Of a DNA stretch of 64,000 nt, positions 41,191-54,620 are shown piece after piece. The number at the start of each line of letters is the position of its first letter. The stretch's first letter is position 1. The translations under genes were made by a program, and so were the position numbers. Source of the stretch: Lama glama (Eukaryota); contig CM052818.1 in NCBI GenBank assembly GCA_028534125.1, forward strand, positions 32,490,001 through 32,554,000. Direction: 5' to 3'. The notes beneath the pieces are model-generated. The model was given only the letters and a program-made list of their open reading frames with translations, was not told the DNA's origin and did not search any database.

Positions 41191-42418
41191 TAAAACAACA
41201 AGATACTAGTACACATCTATCAGAATGGCCAAAACCCATGGTCCATGAAATGAATCTCAACAAATATTTAAGCACTAGTATTATACAAATCACTCTTTCA
41301 TAGGTGGTTAACCATATGGAAAAAAATGACACTAGATCCTTACTATACACAAAGTCAATTCCAGGTAAAGTGACAAACACGGAAAGCAAAAATATAAAAA
41401 ACTTAGAAAGCAATATAGGAAAATATCTTTATGATATCTGATTTAGGAAGAGTTTTCTTAAGACAAAACATGGAAAAAATAATGGTTTTGCTAACAGTTA
41501 AAAATTAAAAACATCTGCTCAACAAAAGACACCAAAAAGGGAGGAGGGCAAAAGATAAGTCACAAACTGGGCAAGATATCTGCAACAAAACTGACAAAAT
41601 ATTGGTGTCCAAAATACATAAAGAAAACTACAAACTCATAAGGTAGAAACCAACCAACCAAAAAAAAAAAAAAAGTGAGCAGCAGACTTGAATAGGCACG
41701 TCATAAAACAGGGAACGCATGTGGTACATAAACATGAGCACAAGCTCAACCTCATTTGCAATCTGGAAAATGCAAATTAAAACCACAAGGAGATACCATT
41801 TACATCCAACAGATGCACAAAGACTTCCAAATCAAACAGGACTAGTGCTGGTGAGGTGAAGAGCAGCAGAGACTCTCATCCACTGCCCACGCAGACAGTC
41901 TGGCATATCAAGGAAGACTGAAGAGATGGGCACACCTTGTGCCAGCAATCCTAGCTAGAGACGCTTTTGCAAATGTGCACAACAGCATAGTGACAAACAG
42001 GATATAACCCAAATATCCATCAAATAGAGAGTGAATAATGTATTTTAATGGACCACTAAATAACCAAATAGCAAACAATCAAATCTAAACATTAATTATT
42101 AACATATCTATATATGGGAGAAAGACATAAAGAAAATCAAAGGAATTAACATAAAATTCAAGATGCATAACTTGAGGTCAGACTATATGAAAAGGGAGGC
42201 AGGTGAGACTGGGGGATACTCAGGGGGTTCTACAGTACATACAAGTAATCATCTTCTTCAGCTATGCAGTAGGTAATAGATGTTGCTTTATGATTACATG
42301 AACTATATAAATATATTTCATATACTCTTTTGTATACATATACACTTCACAATAAAATTTTTTCAATGAATAAAAGCAAAGGAATAATTCTTAGGAACAT
42401 AAAACTGTGTGATCTTAC

Positions 42419-42483
42419 CAGGATAAGAATGATTCTGTTTATTTGAAGAAATTTCTGAAAGAGTATCCAGGGAATCTGTTACT
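42419..42483 (-). CDS. CLIP4: CLIP4 internal exon (exon 14 equivalent)
   Basis: ttcacag|: (R)VTDSLDTLSEISSNKQNHSYP(G)|gtaaga. 65 bp, phase 2 to 1. Confidence 0.93.
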
Positions 42484-43722
42484 CTGTGAATAAAACAAAT
42501 AATGCAAACCCCATTAGAAGTAGCTGGTCTTCAGATTTATGACTGGCACTTAACTGAGGGTTTCATGCCATTGGTTATTTCTTGTTTCACTCATTCAACA
42601 TTTACAGAGCATCTTTTATGAGCCAGGAATGAACTTCAATCTAGCACCAGACAGAGGCAATAATAAGACAGAAGTCTTTTTTATGTAAAGATAATAAGTA
42701 CAGAAAAAGTCAACTTCAAGTGAATTCATTTCAAATAGGGGCCTGACTTCAAAGATAAAACTAAAAAATGTGAAATTTTTATCTTATGCTAAATGTAGTA
42801 ATTGTTAGATTGTAATTGTGAAAACATCACATTTTTATGTTGGGAAAAAATGTATCAGCTGAGTCTGTATATATACGTGATTTTTCTAATAAACCTGTTT
42901 GGCTAATACAATTCAACATCTTTTACTTTATACTTGACTCTAAGCACAATCATGTAGGTCATTTTCCCTTTCCCGACAGGTCTGTCTACATTTTTTTGAT
43001 ATTCAAACCATTCTTTATTTTTAAAAAGCCAATTCTATAAAACAGTCTCATTTTCTCCCAATAGTTTACTGACCTAAATCTGCAAAGCCTTCATTCTATC
43101 AATCACTTGCTCCAGCACACATTGGTACCATAAACAAATCCTCTAACTCTTGGCAATATTTGCAATTTTATCATGCACTTCATATGGATCATTTTTACAT
43201 GATATATAACATATAGCAAACAATGAGAGATTGATGAATGCAAAGAATGACTCAATGACGAGGACAGATACTTGAATTAAGTTGTAATGAAGAGTTGAGA
43301 AGAACTTAATTCTAAGAGTGATCAGTTCATTACTAGTAAGTACCTAATGGTATGAACCAAGAACAAGAAAATTAATACTATGCTGACAAAGACCACTTAA
43401 GCAAAAAATGGACAGATAGATAAGACTAGATCTAGTCAGTGAGTCTTAGAATTTCTCTAAAGAAATATTGTTTGATTTATATGTTAACAGAAGGAAAGGT
43501 ATTAACTAGATGATAGTTGGGTGATAGTAAAAAGCCATCCAAGAAGAGGAAATAACACATAGAAAGATTCGAGGACAGGAGGCACATGTTTTTAATGGAA
43601 AAGTTGAAAAAAAAAAAAAAAGGCCAGCTACAATGTGGGGAGCAATTTAAGGTGAGGTTGTGACTGGTCACTACATGACTGACTGTTCTCAGGAGTCCCG
43701 AGTTTAAAATTCTTTCTTCTTG

Positions 43723-45288
43723 GAGAATGGGGCTGGGGGAATCACATTCCCTGACTTCAGACTATACCACAGAGGTATAGTAATCAAAACAGTATGGTAC
43801 TGGCACAAAAACAGACACATAAATCAATGGAACAGGACAGAAAGTCCAGAAACAAACCCACACACTTAGGGTCAATTAACCTACAACAAAGGAGGCAAGA
43901 ATATGCAATGAAGAAAAGATAATCTCTTCAATAAGTGGTGCTGGGAAAACTGGACAGCTACATGTGAAAGACTGAAATCAGAACATTCTCTAACACCGTA
44001 TACAAAAATGAACTCAAAATGGATTAAAGGCCTAAATGTAAGACCAGATACTATAAAACTACTATAGGAAAACATAGGCAGAACACTCTTGGACATAAAT
44101 CACAGCAATATGTTTTTTGAACCAGCTCCTAGAGTAATGGAAATAAAAGCAAAAATAAACAAATGGGACCTAATTAAACTTAAAAGCTTTTGCACAGCTA
44201 AGGATACCATCAACAAAATGAAAAGACAACCTAAAGAATGGGAGAAAACATTTGCAAATGATGCAACTGACAAGGGACTAATTTCTAAAATACACAAACA
44301 GCTCATACAGCTTAATATATTAAAAAAAAAAAACCAAAAAAAAACCCAAAAAAAAACAAACAAGGAACCCAATCCAAAAAATGGGCAGAAGATGTGAACA
44401 GACATTGCTCCAAAGACAGACAGATGGTCAATAAGCACATGAAAAGATGCTCAACATTGCTAATTGTTAGAGAGATGCAAATCACAACTACAATGAGATA
44501 TCACCTCACACCTGTCATAATGGCCATCATTAAAAAGTTTATATATAATAAATACTGGAGAGGGTGTGGAGAAAGAGGAACCCTCCTACAGTGTTGGTGG
44601 GAATGTAATTGGTACAGCCACTATGGAAGACAATACGGAGGTTCCTTAAAAATATAAAAATAAACTTATCATATGATCCAGCAATCCCACTCCTGGACAC
44701 ATACCCAGAGAAAAATATAATTCGAAAAGACACATGTGCCCCAATGCACGTCCACAGCAGCACTATTTACAATAGCCAAGACATGGAAACAACCTAAATG
44801 TCTATTGACAGATGACTGGATAAAGATATGGTGTATATATATACACAATGGAATACTACTCAGCCATTAAAAAAATAAAATAATGCCATTTGCAGCAACA
44901 TGGATGGACCTGGAGATAATCATTCTAAGTGAAGTAAGCCAGAAAGAGAAAGAAAAATACCACATGATATCGCTTAAATGTGGAATCTTAAAAAAAGACA
45001 CAAATGAACTTCTTTACAAAACAGAAATAGACTCACAGACATAGAGAACAGATTTATGGTTACCAGGAAGTAAAAGGGGTGGGAAGGGATAAATTAGGAG
45101 TTTGAAATTTGCACCTCTTGGGGAGTGATGGAAATGCTGGATATGTTGATTGTGGCAGTGGTTTCATAGGGGTATATATACATCTATCAAAATTCATCAA
45201 ATTGTACATCTGAAACATGTGTGGTTTCCTGTACAGAAATCATACCGCAATAAAGTTGCTTAAAATAAATGAATTTTTAAAATAAAAT
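43723..45288 (+). mobile_element. 5'-truncated LINE-1 (same family as 1548-7614) in CLIP4 intron 13, with a foreign 3' tail
   Basis: ORF2 C-terminal fragments at 44089-44797. TSD TAAAATTCTT(T/C)C(T/C)TCTTG at 43705-22 and 45288-305 (16/18 match), at a TTT|AAAA endonuclease site. Confidence 0.92.
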
Positions 45289-45974
45289 AAAATTCTTCCC
45301 TCTTGAAGATTAGTGGTGTCTTTAAAGAGCTCCAAAGCTGGTTTAAATTGGAAACTTCCCAAAATCAGGCACCATCTCTGTTTTATTTGCTTATAGAATG
45401 CCTAGCACAGCACAAAGTGCTAAAAGACACTTAATAGTATTTGATGATGATGAATGAGACAATCAGAAGACGACAGGAAGACAGCTGGATGGAGACAGCA
45501 GTTCATTTAGAGAGAAAGCCCCGCTTCTTCTAAGACAAGGGGCTGCTTTTACACGAATCACCTTAAAGAAGACCAAGTACATGGCAAAAAAAAAAAAAAA
45601 GAAAAAAAGTGTTCCATAAACAAAGGAAGAAAAAGAAGATAAAACCAGGACAGAGAAAGTTGTTCCACAATATAACAGAGAATAAAGCTATTACAGCATA
45701 AAAAACACTGAATGAGATTTGATCAATATTTACTGTGCCAAACTATGTCCCTTGGGTAATCAAACATGAAATGGAGAATTCCAGTCCTCATGACTAGGAG
45801 ACAGATAAAACTTCTAAGAGATTGCAGCAATGTGTTAATGAAGATTTGTTCAAAGTAATATGAGAACCCAGAAGACTGACTGGTGACTTAGTATGGATTT
45901 TATTTCCAAATCAATTATTTACAAGATATAGGTCCTGAAGAAAGTCACTGAGCCTCTTTTAATCATTATAGGGT

Positions 45975-46200
45975 AATGGTTAAGAGCACACATTCTGATA
46001 TCAGACTGCCTGGGCTCAAATCCCCACTTGAGCGCTGTGCACAACTGCACAACTCACTTAACCTCTCTGTTTCCTACTTTCCCCACCTGTGAAACAGAGA
46101 TGACTACAGGGCCTGACACACAGGGCTGCGGCAGGGGAGTCAACAACGCACACAAAGCACTTAAAACAGGGCCTCCATATATGAGTGCTATTAGCTATTA
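45975..46200 (+). mobile_element. MIR SINE
   Basis: taatggttaagagcac...tcagactgcctgggctcaaatccc...cacttaacctctctgtttc...aaagcacttaaaacag. Confidence 0.75.
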
Positions 46201-46325
46201 GCTCTTTTTCTTCATTTATAAAATCACTACTGGAAAAACAGCAAACTGTCTTAAAGCAAGGGCTTAGGGAAAAAACAACAACAAAATAACAAACCTGGGC
46301 TGAGTCCAGCTCCACCATTAACTAG

Positions 46326-46895
46326 TGGGGAAGATCAAAATACACTGTCCAAAACAAGCCGCTCCGGAGTAAGGATTATTTTGAGCTGAAGACGTTTGAG
46401 AATCAACAAATGCACAAAGAGGCTTTCTCTGAACTCCCCTTATCTGCCTAAAACAGATCGCCCGGAAAAAAAAGAACTCAATTGTCATAAATCCCCTCAC
46501 CAGGGGTTTCGTCAAGTAGGAAGACGGGCTCTCTTCACAGGAGAGGAGACAAGGAGTTAACACCACACCCAGAGAGGTAGTGTCACAAACCATCACATCC
46601 CCATCCATTTTCCTAAGGACCTACTGATCTTTCCTAAACATCATTTCCTCTCCCAAAAGTGGCCATTCTCTCCCTCCTTTTCCCCTATTAAGATGGTCCA
46701 TAAACTCTGCAATCTCACCACTCCTTTGGGTATTCACTGCTTTCTGTGATGCCCCATGCGTGTAAAATTAAAATTTAATAAATGTGTATGATTTTTCTCC
46801 TGTTCATCTATCTGTCATCAGTTTAATTCACAGACACACCCCCAGCCCAGCTAGTGAATCTAAGAGGACAGAGGACAAGTTTTTCATCTCCTACA
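46326..46895 (+). mobile_element. ERV1-type (MER34-like) solo LTR inserted into a MIR
   Basis: TG...CA termini. 4-bp TSD CTAG at 46322-25 and 46896-99. AATAAA at 46777-82. MIR sequence continues on both sides (about 46295-47065). Confidence 0.85.
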
Positions 46896-47071
46896 CTAGC
46901 TCTATGACTTTACCTAAGTTACTGTATCTCTTGAAACTTTTCTCTACCTGCAAAATAGGAATGATCACAATACCTTACACCCCATTGGGTTTGGGGGAGA
47001 TTAATGAGATATGCATTGAAAGTACACGGTACAGAGCCTACCACTTATTAAATGCTCAAGGAATGTAAATA

Positions 47072-47565
47072 CAGATCCTCCTCCACTTACGATGGGGTTA
47101 CATCCTGATAAAATCATCTTAAGTTGAAATTCATGTAATACACCTAACTTACCTAACGTCATCGCTCGGCCTTTCCTACCTTACACGTGCTCAGAACACT
47201 TACATCAGTCTACAGTTGGGCAAAATCATTTAACACAAAGTCTATCTCACCATAAAGGGTTGAAGGCCTCATGTAATCTATTGGATACTGTGTCCTGAAA
47301 GTGAAAAACAGAACGATCAAGTGGGTCCAGAAGGGCTGTTTAAGTGTATGGGGCTGTTCCCCCTCGTGATCACATGGCTGGCTGGGGGCAGAGGCTCGCC
47401 GCGGCTGAACAGATCACGAGAGAATATCGCTCTCGGCACTGCTAGCCCGAGGAAAGAACAAAATTCAAAATTCGAAGTACAGTTTCTACTGTACACACAT
47501 CATTCTTGCACCATCATAAAGTCGAAAAATCCTCAGCCAAACCATCCTAGGTCAGGGACCACCTA
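47072..47565. mobile_element. MER47/Tigger5-like non-autonomous DNA transposon
   Basis: TA|cagatcctcctccacttacgatggggttacatcctgataaa...accatcctaggtcagggaccaccta|TA, with TA target duplication. Confidence 0.85.
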
Positions 47566-48551
47566 TAGTTACCCTTTTCCAGCCAACCTGACCAAAGACT
47601 GACTAGGATCAAATGAGACAACATTTAATTGAAGATGGTTTATAAACTGCAAAACACTGTATGCTAAATGCTATAAAATCATCAATAATAAGAAAAGAAT
47701 TATGAAGTACATCACAGAAGGAAATGAACACAAACGTTACATGTAATTATTCAATTAAAAAACAAGAGTGAGAAAGAAAACGGATATGAAAACTGTTACA
47801 TTTGCCAGGAGGTAGTCACACAGCCCAGCTGGAAGGGGGCGAGCTGGGACTCCCAGGCTGTGATCACAGATCTGTGCTCACCAATGTGATTATACCATAC
47901 GTGTTACTTCCTATTTAAATATCAGTACCCCACTTCCCATCCACTGAAAAGCATACCAAGCCAGCTTCTCTAAGCACCTTAGGTCGTTTCACATAACCAG
48001 AGCGAGCCAGTACAAAAGTACACTGTCTTAAGAAGAAACAGCGAGGAGGTATATTATATATAAGTCCTTGAAGCTTCACTTCCCCCAAAGATCTACCGCC
48101 TATCTATTTTTGAAAACTAAAGAAATCAGAGGAAAAAGCCATTTTGGTTCCATTAGGTTTGTAGAGGAATGAATGGGGTGCCTGCTGGCAGGAAATTTAA
48201 TGTAGTTGGGATGTGACTGAAGCAATCAGGGAGCATTTTTACTTTTGTTTGCATGACAGATTAAGCTCGCTGCTCTCACTGTTCTTAGCTGCAAACGCCA
48301 CTTCTAATAGCCTACACATACTCATAGGGTTTGCAAATGAGGAATGAAGGAGGTTTTTTAAAATTGCAAATCCTCAGCAAAACAAATTTAGCTTTCCATG
48401 AACCTGCCCTCTCAAGAAGGTGGCTGGTTAACCCCTTGAAATAAAACATGGGCTACAGTCAGCGCACATCTGTAACACAAAATCTGGGGCTCTACACCAC
48501 TGCACATTATAAAAAGTTCCTGTGAATAAACATAAACTTCATTTTTCTCAC

Positions 48552-48675
48552 CTCTGTACCCTGGATGGGGGAGCAAATATTCCATATCTTGGGGAACAAC
48601 TAAAATACTGCACACCTCCAACTGAACCATCGTTCTTGCCATGGGGCTTCTCAAGCTCTATCCCGTACCAATATC
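48552..48675 (-). CDS. CLIP4: CLIP4 internal exon (exon 13 equivalent), CAP-Gly 2 with GKNDG motif
   Basis: ttctag|: GYWYGIELEKPHGKNDGSVGGVQYFSCSPRYGIFAPPSRVQ(R)|gtgaga. 124 bp, phase 1 to 2. Confidence 0.96.
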
Positions 48676-49465
48676 CTAGAACGAGAATATTAGATTTTAA
48701 AAGCATCTGTACTTTATCCAAAACGGTTATGTTACACAAATCCAAAGTCAAGATGGCTTAACATTCTCACAAATGACCAAAATGATGGAAGATCATCATG
48801 ATCATCAAGTTTCAAAAGGTAAAATTACAAAACAAAATTTGAAAATCTGAAAAATGAACCAGAAAACCATTTTACAAGCATAATTGTAGAGCTGTACACC
48901 AAGAAAGATAAAATGCACAAACACAAATTTGGCAAGGACTCGCTATAATACAAGCAGTGTATGACCAAAACATATCTAAAAGCTATAATAAGAAACAGTC
49001 CTTCACTTGGTAATATGGTCTAAGTGAGAGCAGGGTAGCATGATGCTGAGATGCATAAACCATAAAATAAACATGCAATCTTTTCATTTTGCTCTCCCAA
49101 TATCAGAATACCACAAACAGTTCTTAAATAATTACAGACAAAAATAATATGGAAAATATGACCAGACTTCATGATGACTTTTCTTTTGTTTTAGTCCCAC
49201 CCAGGATGAAAAAAAAAAAATCACTTTTAATCTAAATGAAAAGATTTAGGTTAACTAATGGGAAGAATTTTCTAAAAGGCTTTCAAGTATTTAAAAGAGC
49301 CCACTCTGAGGAGTAATAGGATTTCCTTTTCTAGAGAACATGAAGTTAAAGAGGGAGGTTGCTTTTAGTGTGGTAAATATTAGATAAATGGACATATACT
49401 CCTAGAGTAATGGCTCTGGATGAGGGTGTCTCCTGACCAGCTGAAAGTACCCAATAGTCCATTCA

Positions 49466-49591
49466 TTTTTGTGTGTGTGTGGAGGAGTAATTAGATTTTT
49501 ATTTATTTATTTTTAATGGAGGTACTGGGGATTGAACCCAGGACCTTGTGCATGCTAAGCATGTGCTCTACCACTGAGCTATACCTACCCC
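49466..49591 (-). mobile_element. tRNA-derived SINE (camelid Vic-1-like)
   Basis: Minus-strand A box TAGCTCAGTGG (49571-81) and B box GGTTCAATCC (49529-38), then cagtacctccattaaaaataaataaat tail. Confidence 0.85.
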
Positions 49592-52145
49592 AATCTTTTT
49601 TTACTTAAAAAGACAGTGCAGTAGTAATTGTATCTGGTCTCTTAGAAGCAGTATCAAGTAAAAAATAAGGATATATATACATTGAGAAACCTATTGAAAA
49701 AACTTATTACAAATTACAAAAATATTGTTTCCTTCAGATTAACAGTTCAAAGAGTCAATTATATAACTTCTAAAGTGACAATCTAGAAGTTCTTAATTTT
49801 ATTCCTCTTATGTTCAAAAAGATAACACTGGAACCTACTCCAAATATTGGAGGTGGGGTTGAAAAGACTAAAGTAATGCGTGAGATTGTTTATACCTAAA
49901 CAGTCCTACTATGCACAAGTACTGAGTGACATACACAGACCTACTGTGCAGCAGCACCAACGCCCGGAAAACAGGTCATCCCGTTTCTGAATGTCGTTAA
50001 CCAGGTTACTCTGGTTGCCACTGTTATTTCTCTGAGTGCCACAGTTATAACTTTCCAAGTTTTATTTCCTTCTGCCTTTGATGCTTTCCTACATAATTTT
50101 TTCATTTTCCATTTTAATAAACCACAACACTGCTACATGTTTGCCATGCAACTCCTCAAAGAGCGCAGCACGCAGCAGGAAGACATGATGGCAAGTGCCA
50201 ACAGCAGTGACCACATACCACCTGGTAGTGGTGAGGTGGGGATCTCTTTCCCATCTGAACGGCGACTGCTTTCAGAGGTGGCCCTGATAAAGATGCTGAA
50301 GGCACTAAACATGCCCTCTGTCAGGTCTACATCCTATAATCTATAGCTTAGATATTACCACTGTTCTATGGAACTGACTGATCAAATTTTGATGCCACAG
50401 AAATATGCACTACTTTCTAAAAGGGAGAAGGACTTAAACAAAAACCTTCCAACTTTTATATTTGCTTATTACTTCCCAAATTTCTAAATGCTCTATGCTA
50501 GGAGTTCAAAAATTAAAAGTCAACCTAAGATAATTAATTGTATCCAAATGAATCAAATCATCCAAGACTTGTTTAATATAACCAGAGAAAAGAAACTCGA
50601 AAGACACGGTGATTGTGGAAAAATAACCTACCTTTGGGATTCCTAGGCTTTTATTTGAGAACCTACAAGAATATTCTAATTAATCTCAATTACTACCTGG
50701 AGCTCTAAGAGAGACATGAATTATAAAACATATAGCCCATCTCCAATCAATTAGTTGGACTAGAATTATAAATGGTCCTAAAGAAACAGGACTGTGCTGA
50801 GAGACAACTCCCCATGTTTCTGCATGTCTATGGACAGAGGTACCGACCATCTTGTCACGGGCGTCTGTAGAGAAGACAGCCTTGGAGGACAGAGACAGAG
50901 TCTCCACCAGCATGAGAGACAGGCACGCTTACTGTCCATTATAAAGGTTCAGATTCCCTAAGTGCGGGGCTCCTCCCCTGCAACACAAACCACCGGTGTG
51001 CAGGTGTCACCTGGCCTCGTGAGCTCACCCCCAGAAACTGGGGCTCAGGAAACAAACACGAGAAAATGCTGCCACTTTGGCTACTGCTGTTGCCAAGAGC
51101 ACCGGGGTCCTGTCTCTGACCCAGGAACCTCCCAACTTCTGCCAGCTTCTAGGAGGCTCTGACAATCTAACTTGTCAGCACACAAATAGGGTAAAATCTC
51201 AGATCCTTCAGAGTGCTTGACAGAATGCTACAAACTTTAAAAAAAAAAAAAAGCATAAAAATCAGCCTGCAACTGACCCCACCGCAGGGATGGCACTGCC
51301 TGTGGAAGAAGGTCAGGGGGCTTAAGCTCCATCTGGTTGTTTGTGCCATGAAAGGTGCAGATGTGGATGGGCATGGGGACAACTGTCCTCAACTCTGTCA
51401 TGTTCAAGTGACTGCCAGCTCAAGCTTTTAAGGAAAGTTTCAATGGCTTTATAATAGACGGTCTTCCTTGGTTCTGTCTTGGGGGGGAAAATGCTCTGGG
51501 TAACCTCTTCCTAAAATGCTGCAATGCCACCATGTGTCAAAACAGCATACTGCTATTTAAAACACACAAACGTGGCTTTATTCAACTGGCTTCTATTTGA
51601 AATTACAATCACTGAGAATGCAAAAGAAAGATAATTTTACTTTGGAAACACAATATTAAGTCTAGACTGGAATGAACATATAAATGCACAAAAGTGCATT
51701 TTTAAGGTCCACAGGTACGCAAAACCTTTTTCATTTTCCTTTGAACCCCTTTGCTTTTCTCTCCAAGCCACTGTTAAAGGCTATCTGCGGTGAACTCATT
51801 GCCTACTCATTTCAAAGACTATCCTTAGCACAAATCTAATCCTGAAGTTTTCTCTGTTATTTAGCACACTCGGCAATCGGTGAGAGTAAATTTGGAGAGT
51901 AACAACTAATTTTAACATTAGACACTTTAAAACATAATTGGCAAGAAAAATTCATGACTAAGTCAACCTGAGTAAAAAATGGTCTGCATTTTAATCAACG
52001 TTTTGCACTTTCTGTGCCACAGCTGCCATCCACAAGAACTGTTAATCAAGAATTCTCTGTAAGTACATTTTATTTATATATAAAATTTTAAGCCTTTTGT
52101 ATTCTAAAGAATGCAAGTTGAACAAAAAATACACAGATGAGTTAC

Positions 52146-52280
52146 CTGGAGCAAAGTTTGTTGTCCCAAAGAACTTAACGGTACCGATTCTCTGGCCTAC
52201 CACCAACACCCTATCCCCAAGGCGGAGCTCTCCTTCACAACGCGTATTATTTGCTACAGATGTTGCTGAGGAATTCAAAC
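52146..52280 (-). CDS. CLIP4: CLIP4 internal exon (exon 12 equivalent), first half of CAP-Gly 2
   Basis: aaacag|: GLNSSATSVANNTRCEGELRLGDRVLVVGQRIGTVKFFGTTNFAP(G)|gtaact. 135 bp. Confidence 0.95.
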
Positions 52281-52584
52281 CTGTTTGAGGGGTTGGTAGG
52301 GGAAAGGGATTGGAAAGGAAAAGAGAAAAAAAAAAAGGGAAACCCAAAAAGCACATTAGCTGAAAAATTACTTACGTATTCTAAGCAGTCTAGTTAGCTG
52401 GAGATTTCAATATGCTGCCATTCCTTACACACATCATCTATGGCTGTGTTTCTCACGTGTGAAGTCAAGCTACTCAGAAGAAATCTGAACGGTTTCCTGA
52501 GACAATTGCTGTCACGGGAACTTACGTGATTCCTGGTGTAGCGTCAACTCTACCCCGATTTCCTGGGGGTGCCCACTACTAGAA

Positions 52585-52775
52585 CAGAGGTCAGCACACC
52601 TTTTCTGTAAAAGGCTACACAGTAAATACAACTGCTCCCCTCTGCTGCTGTCACACAAAAGCAGAGACAAAACGGGCAGTGTGTTTCAATAAAACTTTTT
52701 TTTTTTTTTTTTTTTTTTTACAAAAATAGGTGGTAGGTTGGATCTGGCCCAGGGACTGTAGTCTGCCAAGCCCTG
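52585..52775. mobile_element. MER58-like hAT-Charlie MITE with internal poly-T expansion
   Basis: cagaggtcagcacaccttttctgtaaa...caataaaactt(T)n acaaaaatagg...tgtagtctgccaagccctg, flanked by ctag-centred 8-mers. Confidence 0.8.
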
Positions 52776-54254
52776 TTCTAGTAAAATGCTAGAATCAGAG
52801 TAGTTCAGTGTGAAACTGAAATTGCTACACAGGAATCCAATTATCCCAAATTGATTTCCTTATTAGAAACAAGACCATTTCCTCTCACCTTGGTTCAGAT
52901 CTCAACCCTCAACAGCCTTCTACTGAACATCAGAAGTCCTAGAGAAATACTGTCTAGAATGAAATACTGTTCAATTGTAACAGAGAAGAGCTGGGTCCTT
53001 GAGGCTTCTCCCATCAGTCTATGAACAGGCTGTCCTCTGGGAAGGCCTAGGGAACCCTGCCTGAGGGTGTGGGATGGAGGATAAGTCACCCTGTTAACAG
53101 GGAGACACTAAGAACACGGCAACAAATGGGGAACACAAACCCAGGGGGAAGGAAGGTTTGGATAAAGCATAAACTAAACAGTCCCAGGTCCTCATAATAG
53201 CCAACATTTCCACAGCACTTCAGTTTACAAAGTGCTTTTCATGAACATTATAATCAAGGATAAGATAAAACTCGGGATTAACTAAGACATAGTGTTCACA
53301 GGTAGTATGTGGCACACCTGGCTTAAAACCCAGACCCTGTGACCAGAACACTCAGTTCTGTCCCAGGCTGTCTGCAGGCCGCGGACCAAGGATGGCAAGT
53401 CCAACATCGGGATACAACAGCGCTGAGCTCACAGACTTCCTCCCCCACCTCTCTCATCTCCCCATCCCTTCTTGCTGCTCCTCTTCCTCCTCCTTTACTC
53501 TGACTCCCACTAACGTCCACCCTCTGCAAGCCTCATCTCCCTCACATGCAAGTCTACAGAGAGCGTGGAGTATCTACTCACTCCAGAAAAAACGCCTTAA
53601 GGAAATGTCTTTGGGGTTCCCAACGGGGACTTTCTGCCACACATCTCCCATTCTCTCTCCTTCCCCATTTAAAAGGTCCCTTTTCTCACTCTCATTGACA
53701 ACTTTCTTCACCTTTAGTATTATTTAAGTCTACAAATCTTTCATATTTATAAACAGAAAAAAAGGTTAAATATGTAAGCACACTAGAACTACTTCATATA
53801 AAGGGTAAAAAAGATAATTCCACACCTGCACATAAATTTTAAAACAAAGTCAATGTCAAAAGCCCAAATTCCAAATGAGGGAGCCCTTGAAGTGTAAACA
53901 AAATTCAGACAAGCAGGATTGCAACATGATCACAACTTCTCTCCTCTGTCCCTCACAGCATCATAGAGAAAGTGGTTGCAGGGGAAGGGGAATCATCTAT
54001 TCAGACAATAAATATTCCAGGTAAACAGTTCAAGCAAAACTGGTAAGTTCTCCACTTTTAGAGTTCCAACTTTTAAGTTTATTTTGTCAATATTAATATT
54101 GACGGTTGGTTTGTTTTTTCCCCATACAATACAGTATCTTAAAGAGAAAAAAAAATTCCATCATGAACATTTTCTATAATAAAATATTGGTTCAGTATAA
54201 GAATGAAAAGTATCAGAAAAAGAATCTAGTAATTATTATTAGGCTCATTAAAAA

Positions 54255-54620
54255 AAAGTTATGCCAAAATGACTTCATTTCCTGTCTGGACAGATTTGCT
54301 ATGTGGGTAAATAAGTAAATGGCAATAAATTCTATGTATGCTGATTTCAACAAGAAAAAGTGTCTTAAACATCCATACACATAACTGAAGAAATGAGGAC
54401 TGAATGAGACCATGCAGGATTCACAGTAAGTCAAAAAGCCACATCAGAACAGGTTATCATTGTCAACCTCCCCTACCTAGTTTTAAATGACCTTGCTAAA
54501 AACAGAGAAAGCATATGTTTTAGATAAGAAGGTAACACAAAAGCGTGTAGAAAAGCTAACATGCAAGATATAAAAAATAAAATTCAGAGGGACGAAAATT
54601 CTAACATTAAATTAAATAAA
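54255..54620 (+). mobile_element. CR1/L3 LINE fossil fragments
   Basis: ttatgccaaaatgacttcatttcc...tatgctgatttcaacaag resembles the CR1 RT region. Confidence 0.45.

Larger units (their letters stand above)
38230..42370 (+). mobile_element. Composite old L1 (L1M-type ORF1, ORF2 and 3' fragments) with nested insertions
   Basis: ORF2-like ORFs 39816-40076 (FNIVKMSVLPNLI...YYKATVIK) and 40306-40605. ORF1-like ccacctagacacatcacagtgaaactg. Confidence 0.8.

Noticed and set aside
49515..49590. tRNA gene
   Set aside because: A and B boxes are present, but they are followed by a SINE body and A-rich tail, and I could not build a complete cloverleaf.
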